From Candidatus Brocadiia bacterium (GTDB taxonomy: Bacteria; Planctomycetota; Brocadiia; SM23-32): a DNA stretch of 47,600 nucleotides. The stretch covers positions 1 through 47,600 of the forward strand of contig JBKHIT010000036.1 in NCBI GenBank assembly GCA_046538485.1, read 5' to 3'. Below the pieces are notes generated by a model. The model saw only the letters and a list, made by a program, of their open reading frames with translations, had not been told where the DNA came from and searched no databases. The position numbers and the translations under genes were made by a program. Shown piece by piece: positions 19,256 to 25,985 of this stretch; the first letter of the stretch is position 1; each line of letters starts with the position of its first letter.

Positions 19256-20038
19256 ATGAAAATCTACATAATGACAGATCTGGAAGGGCCGGCTCTCGTC
19301 AGCCGCTGGTCCCAAACTCGGGACTACGACGAGGAGCCGGAGAGAAAACGGGAGGCGATGCGGTTCCTGACCGGGGAGGTTAGCGCCGCCGTTGACGGCA
19401 TACTCGACGCCGCGCCGGAAGCCGAAGTGGTCGTCTGGGACGCGCACGGCAGCGGAGGAATTGATCTGCAAGAGTTTCATTCAGGAGCGAAGCTGATCAG
19501 CCGAGGACCCATCAGCCCACCGTATTATCTGGACGACAGTTATGATGCATTGTTCTTCGTTGGCCAGCACGCCATGGCCGGGACGGAAAACGCAAACCTC
19601 TGCCACACCTATTCTTCGAGAACTATCGAATACTTTAAACTGAACGACCAATTCGTGGGCGAGTTTGGTGCGCGGGCCGTTATGGCCGGCACTTTCGATG
19701 TGCCTGCTGTCTTTATCTCCGGCGACGATAAAGCTGTGGACGAGGCGAAAGCTCTTTGCCCATCAATTTATGGGGCCGTGGTGAAATGGAGCCTGGGGGA
19801 GGAGCTTGCGCTTCATCTTTCTCATCAGGCCGCGCGTGCAAAAATCCAGAAAACGGCCTCAAGTGCCGTCCATGATATTGATTCTGTGCCGCCCATTCAG
19901 ATGGACCCGCCGTTCGAACTGGAAATACGGGTGAAAGAAGGGTGTGAATCGCGACATTACGTCGAACAAGGGGCCGGACGTCTGGATGAAAGAACGGTCG
20001 TGTTTCGCAGTGAAGATATCTGCGACCTCCCGATTTGA
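19256..20038 (+). CDS. M55 (DppA-like) metallopeptidase
   Basis: MTDLEG, DAHG, GQHAMAG, LCHT, VGE; AAGGAG RBS. Confidence 0.92.
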   Translation: MKIYIMTDLEGPALVSRWSQTRDYDEEPERKREAMRFLTGEVSAAVDGILDAAPEAEVVVWDAHGSGGIDLQEFHSGAKLISRGPISPPYYLDDSYDALFFVGQHAMAGTENANLCHTYSSRTIEYFKLNDQFVGEFGARAVMAGTFDVPAVFISGDDKAVDEAKALCPSIYGAVVKWSLGEELALHLSHQAARAKIQKTASSAVHDIDSVPPIQMDPPFELEIRVKEGCESRHYVEQGAGRLDERTVVFRSEDICDLPI

Positions 20039-20117
20039 GCAGGAACCGCCGGTCGTGCCCCCGATTCGTTTATCATCCAGAGAAAAAACAAGGGATCGGC
20101 GCTGCAGAACACGCTAT

Positions 20118-21632
20118 TCACCATGAACTCAATCTGCACAGGCGGGGCGTTGTGTGGGAAGGGGCTATTCCCCGAAGATGATCAAGAAGTTCATCGCGAA
20201 CATCGCGGTGGGCCGGATCAGTTGCGAGATTCTGGGTTTCCCCGGGATCTTTGCGGTGATCGTAGAGTTCCGTATGGGACAGAACGGGATAGTGAGTCAA
20301 TCTATAATTGTCGTCGTAAACGGTGAAATTCCCACCCCTCCCATCGGGCGTGAAGCAGTAAGCCAGGGCACGGTGTTGCCGACCGGATCGATGGATTTCA
20401 AGAATGTCTTCCCCGTGGATGTCGCATGGAGGCTTGAGGCCGCACAGGTTTAAAAGAGTCGGCAGCACATCGCAGTTGCTCATTGCCGCTTCAATCCTCC
20501 TGGGAAGATTTTTCCCGGGTACGTGAAGGACGAACGGCACGTGCAGTAAGCTGTCAGCGGCGGCAAGCGCTTTATAAATCAGGCCATGGTCACCCATAAA
20601 ATCGCCGTGATCACTTGTAAAAATCACAATCGTGCGGTTTTCGAGTTTCTCATGCTCGAGACTGGCCATTATCTCACCGACGGCACGATCTATGTTGTGG
20701 ACCATGATATCGTAGTAGCGGATGATCTCGCGCCGCTGTGTGGTCGTCAGGTCGAGCACGGATCGGTCTTCGTTAATAACAGTGTCTTGGAGGGGCGATC
20801 CCTGCCACCATGCGCCTTCGGGGTCAACGGGTTCGAGCACGCTCTTATCCTTGAGTTCCTCGACGAGATCACGGGGTGGGGTGAGGGAATGGTGCGGATC
20901 GGGAAAACCTATGAACGAGAAGAAAGGTTCCTCAGGGTTTTTGCGATTTTTCAACCACTGAGCGAAACGGTTCGCGAGCCATTCTGAGTGGTGGACATCG
21001 CTCGTAATTTCGGAAGCGTAGAGGTCATTTTTCCCTTCGATTGGATGTTGCGTTTTCGCATTTTGCATTCGTTCAAGGACTTCCGGATGTTTGGACTGCA
21101 GCCATTCTCCGTAGTGCCCGCCGCGTGATGGTCCTTCGCCATGTCCGCGTGTTTGTTCCACGTGTTGGAAGCCGTAGTAGGGACCATGCCAGTCGGAGAG
21201 TGCGCCGGAATCCGCGAGTTCAAAAGATTCTCCAAATCCATAGCGCGGGTCGGCGAGATTTGGGGTGAGATGGAGTTTGCCAAATGCGGCCGTATCGTAA
21301 CCGGCATCCGCAAACAAATCCGCCATTGTTGTGTAGTTGCCCGTGGCGGGGATCGGCCATTTACGTTGGGCCTCGGGTCCATAATCGTCTTCGCGAGCGA
21401 GAGGGACGCCGTTGGTCCAGACGTTGTGCCCGGGCGGATAAAGCCCGGTCATGAGACTGGCCCGAGAAGGTTCGCTGATTGTATTGCTTACGATATGACG
21501 GCTGAAGAGGCAACCTTTGTCCGCAAGGGCATCGAGATTCGGGGTGCGTGCGGTCGGGTTTCCGGTGCACCCGAGGCTCGGATACCGTTGCTGATCGGTG
21601 TGCAAAATCAGAACATTTGGCTGTTCGCTCAT
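20118..21632 (-). CDS. Sulfatase, Ser-type (SEPSR)
   Basis: QPNVLILHTDQQR, SEPSRASLMTG, GKLH, PDPHH, SDHGD. Confidence 0.92.
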   Translation of the reverse strand: MSEQPNVLILHTDQQRYPSLGCTGNPTARTPNLDALADKGCLFSRHIVSNTISEPSRASLMTGLYPPGHNVWTNGVPLAREDDYGPEAQRKWPIPATGNYTTMADLFADAGYDTAAFGKLHLTPNLADPRYGFGESFELADSGALSDWHGPYYGFQHVEQTRGHGEGPSRGGHYGEWLQSKHPEVLERMQNAKTQHPIEGKNDLYASEITSDVHHSEWLANRFAQWLKNRKNPEEPFFSFIGFPDPHHSLTPPRDLVEELKDKSVLEPVDPEGAWWQGSPLQDTVINEDRSVLDLTTTQRREIIRYYDIMVHNIDRAVGEIMASLEHEKLENRTIVIFTSDHGDFMGDHGLIYKALAAADSLLHVPFVLHVPGKNLPRRIEAAMSNCDVLPTLLNLCGLKPPCDIHGEDILEIHRSGRQHRALAYCFTPDGRGGNFTVYDDNYRLTHYPVLSHTELYDHRKDPGETQNLATDPAHRDVRDELLDHLRGIAPSHTTPRLCRLSSW

Positions 21633-21769
21633 GGTTTTCTCAAATCTGGAGAAGAAGCAGGAGCCTGTCTGATGGTGAACATTTGAGCGAATATTGTCAA
21701 GGAAGATCCCGGTCCGAGGAGTTTGCGCCGTGGATCATTTCGTGGTTTGGAGCGCAAGCTCCGGGGTAG

Positions 21770-22320
21770 CATGCCCCACAACATAAAAGCCCCCGACGGG
21801 GGCGGAGCAGAGTTAGCCCTGGTTGAACGGAGTGAGCCCGGGGGAAAAGCCGCAACTTTGCAAAATGCGGGAGAGCTGTAGGTCCGGATCGCCGAGCCGG
21901 ACCTGCCGTTTGGCCCCGCTGGCGCGTGGTTGTCCCAACACCGGGCCAGCGCTCCGTCGCGAAACCACCAGGTTTCCGGGCCGTGTTCTGAATTCCAGTC
22001 CCGCAGGGCGGTTCTGAAGTCCAGTCCGCTCACGGGAAATGTAGATTCGAGTTCAGTTGAGCCCGCAACGCGGGCGCCTCAGAAGTAGCCCCGGCCGACC
22101 CTGCGGAGCGGGGGAGTCCGGGGTTGAGGGTGAGGGTCTGGTAATGGAGCGGATCGCACGAACTATGTTCGTGGCGGCAACCTTCGAGGGCCGGGGCCAT
22201 CGAAGGTTGCGGCCCTCGCCTCCGGCGAGGCGATCCGCGGTTGATGGGCTTGCTCTGCCCCCGGGGTTCGCTCGGCCACATAGTGGCCTCTAACTCTGAA
22301 ACGCCCGCCTCCGGCAGGCT
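21770..22320. repeat. Second REP cluster incl. four-way-junction copy C (22149-22238)
   Basis: GTAGGTCCGG..CCGGACC (~21878-21905), unit 22014-22076, GTAGCCCCGG..CCGGGG (22085-22124), junction 22149-22238, and 22260-22290 matching 523-553. Confidence 0.8.
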
Positions 22321-22552
22321 AACCGGGCTCATGACGCTCTAAAAGTTGTAAAATGAGTGTCAAGAATGATGTGTTCTGGTCCGACCCCTATAACCGTCAT
22401 TCGCCCCGTTACGTTTGATTTAAGGGGGGGGAAATCGCTTCTAAGCCCTCTGAGAGACCCCTTAAAATACGTAAGTATATCCTGAGCAAGGAGGTGCGAT
22501 GGTACGTCCCCCTTTCCCGGAATTGCTCTAACCCCATGCCGTTACATATAAA

Positions 22553-23434
22553 CTACCATTGGCGGCGTATCCAAGACAAAACTAGTAACGCGCCAAGAAA
22601 TGCGATTGACATCATAATCGTAATGAACACGACGAAAGTTTCCGCGCCTAATACAAGACGCAAAAGCAATATAAGCCCAATTAATATCAGAAGAACCGTA
22701 GAACACGCAAATGTAGCACATACGGATGCTTCATAGCTATCCTGTTCCGCTTTTGAAGCATGGGAGGGGTGCGTTTCGTGCGATGAATTATTTGTCACCT
22801 TTTCTCTGGCGGATTTCCTCGACCGTGGGTGTTTTTTGTGCGACGTACGCATCTCGATCCTCTTCCCCGTTGTGGACCAGTCAGTCACCGTGTAGGCGAC
22901 AATCAGAATGTTCTTATACAGTTCCTTTGTATACTCCTTCCTGTTGACATCGGTTTTGCGGAGTGCATTCCTAATGCTGATGAGTTTGTCAACGGCGTTT
23001 TTTGCGGTGGTGATCGTACAGTAATGTGGTTTGGGTACCTTTGGCGGTACCGCGAACGAAACGTCGTTTTCCATTTTGTGGGGAACGACCAGATCAGCAG
23101 CTAAATGGGTGAAGACGCCGAAATAAAATGCGGCCAGTGCTTTTTCCCGTGCTTTCCAATGCGTACGCGCCTTTCTCACGAGCTCAAGCAACTTTCTCTT
23201 CAACACAGCGTCGGGTTGCTCCGGCTCGTGGTGACTCTCCCACCTACGTTCTCGTTTTTCACCGGTATATACTTCTGCAGCTTCGATCGGCAGATCGCTG
23301 AGCATTTCTTGTTTTTCTGAGTAGTCCGTAAGATCTGGATATGCCGCGCCGTTCTCAAGGGATACACGGGGGAAAGAGGGATCAAGCTGGGTGTTAATTC
23401 TTCTGACAAGCTCCTGGTGGGTCTCTCTGTTCAC
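22553..23434 (-). CDS. Zn-dependent phospholipase C/P1-nuclease-like protein with two C-terminal TM helices
   Basis: N-terminal THQ, GAAYPD, SHH, AAFYFGVFTHLAAD..PH..E pattern; hydrophobic C-terminus; GTG start with AGGAG RBS. Confidence 0.65.
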   Translation of the reverse strand: MNRETHQELVRRINTQLDPSFPRVSLENGAAYPDLTDYSEKQEMLSDLPIEAAEVYTGEKRERRWESHHEPEQPDAVLKRKLLELVRKARTHWKAREKALAAFYFGVFTHLAADLVVPHKMENDVSFAVPPKVPKPHYCTITTAKNAVDKLISIRNALRKTDVNRKEYTKELYKNILIVAYTVTDWSTTGKRIEMRTSHKKHPRSRKSAREKVTNNSSHETHPSHASKAEQDSYEASVCATFACSTVLLILIGLILLLRLVLGAETFVVFITIMMSIAFLGALLVLSWIRRQW

Positions 23435-23747
23435 TGCTTCTCCTGCTCCGCTCTTGTAATGCGCGCCAAGGCCTTCAATTGCTCAACAGGTTAGTCTTGC
23501 ACGTACAAACTGAAAAAGCGATTGCAACTTTGGCGACGTCATACTTTTTTACGACAACTCCTGTCACATGCTACTGCCAACAACCCCTACACGTAAAGAG
23601 TTCCGGTGGGCAGAGAACGTTATGGGTTTCCAGTGACAGCTGGGGACGGACATTCTCGTTGATTTAGGGACCGACTGATTGCCGGGGAGACCGAGTCATG
23701 GAAGAATGTTTACGTTTGGGCCGGTGACGTTGAACGGCCGGAGCGAT

Positions 23748-23769
23748 AAAAAAGGCGCATCCTGTCGCC
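23748..23769 (-). terminator. Putative terminator of retron operon
   Basis: Minus strand GGCG-a-CA-gga-TG-CGCC then T6, ~77 nt after RT stop; short stem. Confidence 0.45.
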
Positions 23770-23845
23770 GTAATTCGTTGTCAGCATACCATGAAACTTT
23801 GCCGGGTTTCTTTGATATCCCGTAGAAACTTAAATCAACGCGTTA

Positions 23846-24841
23846 TCAGTTAGTTGCCGCCGTCAAATCCTCGCAACTGAGAAACAGAGCATAGGCTTCT
23901 TCCATTTCCTGCTCGGTACCTCCCCAATCAATACCGTTGAGTCTGCCCCTGAGCTTTTTCCCTAAATCAGGATCGAACCGTTCGACGTGCTGGACACGGC
24001 CATTGATTTTCTGCTTTGCTTTTCCCACGGATAGTCCGTTAATAACTGCATATGCAGCAGCGCCGTTTTCCAGACAGAACCAGATGTCGTCCTTTAAATC
24101 CTGCAGGAATGATTTCGTTGGACGGAGCTTATTGTTGACGACAAGTCCAGTCACAACTTGTCTCTCCCACTCTGGAGTTGCCTTAACCTTCTCAGGTGCG
24201 ACGGTGTAGCCAGTCGATTCTATTCTGTCTACGAAGGCCTGGCACATTGAACGCAGATCGAGTTGCCCTGAGACCGCTATGTCATCGACGTATCGTCCGT
24301 AATTAAGGTTTTCTTGGCCAGAACGCTGACACAGATATAGGCATTCTTCATCTGCTGGCAAAAACGCCACATTAGCGAGCAGGGGGCTGGTTGGTGCACC
24401 TTGAGGCAAACAGCTTTCGTGGGTTGTAAGACGACCCACCAACGATGCTGCGTCCTGGGTGAATCCTCTGCGGCAAAGAGTGTTCTCGACCCGAGCTAAT
24501 GATGTAGAAGGAAAAAAGGACCTTATATCCAACGCCAAAAGCCACCTTTGCCCCACGTGAGGTTGCGCATATTCTTTGATCGAACGGCCTGGTATCCCTC
24601 CAAACATATATTTCGGTGCAGGCAAAAAAGCATCTTTGAGAATATCAAGAAGTTTGTATTGCGTTTCTTTGAGCCAGGGATAAGGGGGGTGAATAATTCT
24701 CAGCTTACCGCTATCTTTTTCAAGCTCCAATCTTCCGTAAGCGTTGGGCGCTTTGTCCGCTTGTTGTCGCAGGTGCAATAGAGATGCTTCGCATCGGCTG
24801 GCTATCTCAACCGCGTCAATTTTGCGTTTTTTGTTCCTCAT
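23846..24841 (-). CDS. Retron-type reverse transcriptase
   Basis: KDSGKLRIIHPP, LDIRSFFPS, LPQGAPTSP, catalytic YVDD, retron region Y QVVTGLVVN, region X variant YAQPH; ATG 24841 preferred (ORF extends to 24871). Confidence 0.93.
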   Translation of the reverse strand: MRNKKRKIDAVEIASRCEASLLHLRQQADKAPNAYGRLELEKDSGKLRIIHPPYPWLKETQYKLLDILKDAFLPAPKYMFGGIPGRSIKEYAQPHVGQRWLLALDIRSFFPSTSLARVENTLCRRGFTQDAASLVGRLTTHESCLPQGAPTSPLLANVAFLPADEECLYLCQRSGQENLNYGRYVDDIAVSGQLDLRSMCQAFVDRIESTGYTVAPEKVKATPEWERQVVTGLVVNNKLRPTKSFLQDLKDDIWFCLENGAAAYAVINGLSVGKAKQKINGRVQHVERFDPDLGKKLRGRLNGIDWGGTEQEMEEAYALFLSCEDLTAATN

Positions 24842-25130
24842 CTTGGCGTCCGTTTTCCCAAACTTTCTCAACGATCAGCTCTGCTGCCTGTATCAGAAGT
24901 TTTTGATCGTTAGGTAACTCTTCTGGCATATCCAGGGACTTCCAGAGAATTACCTCTGGCTCCGTTTCCAGTGCTTCGGATACGGAACGCAACCTGTTCA
25001 TACTAATATCTCTATCACCCGATTCAATCAGACTAATTGTCGCCTGACTGACACCAGCCGCGTCCGCAAGTTCCACTTGCGTTAGCCCGCGTTTTTTCCG
25101 CAATCTTCTTATCGTATCGCCTATATCCAT
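24816..25130 (-). CDS. XRE/Cro-C1 HTH protein, retron-associated
   Basis: IGDTIRRLRKKRGLTQVELADAAGVSQATISLIESG; overlaps RT start. Confidence 0.92.
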   Translation of the reverse strand: MDIGDTIRRLRKKRGLTQVELADAAGVSQATISLIESGDRDISMNRLRSVSEALETEPEVILWKSLDMPEELPNDQKLLIQAAELIVEKVWENGRQDEEQKTQN

Positions 25131-25185
25131 CTTCGCGTTGTTTTATGGGTTAGTTGCTGTTATTTGTTTTCGCCCAACTCGCCAA

Positions 25186-25422
25186 CTATGTCGCCGTTTT
25201 GATTAGTTCTAATGCGAACATGGCTGTCTTTAGGATGACGCTAACAGCTGCACCATCCAAGCGCAATTTGGAATGATCCCGCAATTCTCGGCGGAGATCT
25301 TTCTCCAAATTACGGAGACAGGCCCTCTGCTGGAGATTAAGATCGCTACTCTTGGCTGCGATGGTGATCGCAGCAAGAACAAGATTAGCGTCTTCATCCG
25401 TTAATACTATTTTGCCACTCAT
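25186..25422 (-). CDS. Small helical protein (78 aa), candidate type VI retron effector (SP)
   Basis: Strong SD GAAAGGAGGT 6 nt before ATG; sits between ncRNA and HTH; hydrophobic N- and C-terminal helices. Confidence 0.8.
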   Translation of the reverse strand: MSGKIVLTDEDANLVLAAITIAAKSSDLNLQQRACLRNLEKDLRRELRDHSKLRLDGAAVSVILKTAMFALELIKTAT

Positions 25423-25733
25423 ATGTAAACCTCCTTTCTATCTTGAAATCCCAACTGAGTTAAACATCCCAGTTTCGCTTGAGCGAATTGCTGGGGAAAG
25501 TCTTACCCATCTGCGAAACGATTTTGGCAAATACGACATCGCTCGCAGTGACCGTAAGGGGCACTTTGCTTCAATGGCGAGGCGTAACCAAGTTCCTCGG
25601 GACACAAGGCTACATCGTCAATTGTGCACCCCTGGCCGCAGTGGAGAAGGAAGCCCCGCTCCACGTCGCGAAAGGAGGTATCTGTTTGAGCGGCGGACGA
25701 ATGTCAAAGATCCGAACCACTTGGTTCGTATTA
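25414..25733 (-). ncRNA. Retron msr-msd ncRNA (overlapping SP translation start)
   Basis: Terminal IR 25670-25694/25414-25438; G directly 3' of the 5' arm (25669); internal hairpins 25641-25664, 25578-25599, 25502-25558, 25468-25495; promoter upstream; ends approximate. Confidence 0.8.
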
Positions 25734-25739
25734 CTCTCA

Positions 25740-25768
25740 ATAATAATATATGGGTGACTCTTTGTCAA
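25740..25768 (-). promoter_or_regulatory. Sigma70 promoter of retron operon
   Basis: TTGACA (25768-25763)-17 bp-TATTAT (25745-25740). Confidence 0.75.
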
Positions 25769-25902
25769 GAGAAAAGTAATATTTATTTATACGCCCATAT
25801 GTCCCGGAAGGGTGTCACATACAGTAGGGTTTAAGGGTAGCAGATTATTACTGACCGGACCAAGATGACAACGAAAAGCTGAGAATCCTTCTGAGAAAAA
25901 GC

Positions 25903-25930
25903 TTGACATAGTAGTTTTTAATGGTAAAAT
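25903..25930 (+). promoter_or_regulatory. Sigma70 promoter of R-M operon
   Basis: TTGACA-16 bp-TAAAAT with TGn extended -10. Confidence 0.7.
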
Positions 25931-25936
25931 ATTCGC

Positions 25937-25954
25937 ATGGGTCAAATGACCCAT
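25937..25954. promoter_or_regulatory. Palindromic operator at R-M transcription start
   Basis: Perfect ATGGGTCA-aa-TGACCCAT 6 bp after the -10 box. Confidence 0.6.
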
Positions 25955-25985
25955 CGCCTTTTCGGTTATTTTGTGAGGATGGAAA

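Noticed and set aside
11545..20038. Two M55 peptidases plus M20 and CPBP proteases near ileS as one system
   Set aside because: Different orientations and transcription units; paralogues are divergent; no linking signal
25352..25834. Plus-strand ORFs 25352-25834 and 25479-25757, with an AAGGAGG at 25672
   Set aside because: Overlap the retron ncRNA and promoter; the AGGAGG is explained as the complement of the anti-SD arm and has no convincing ORF behind it
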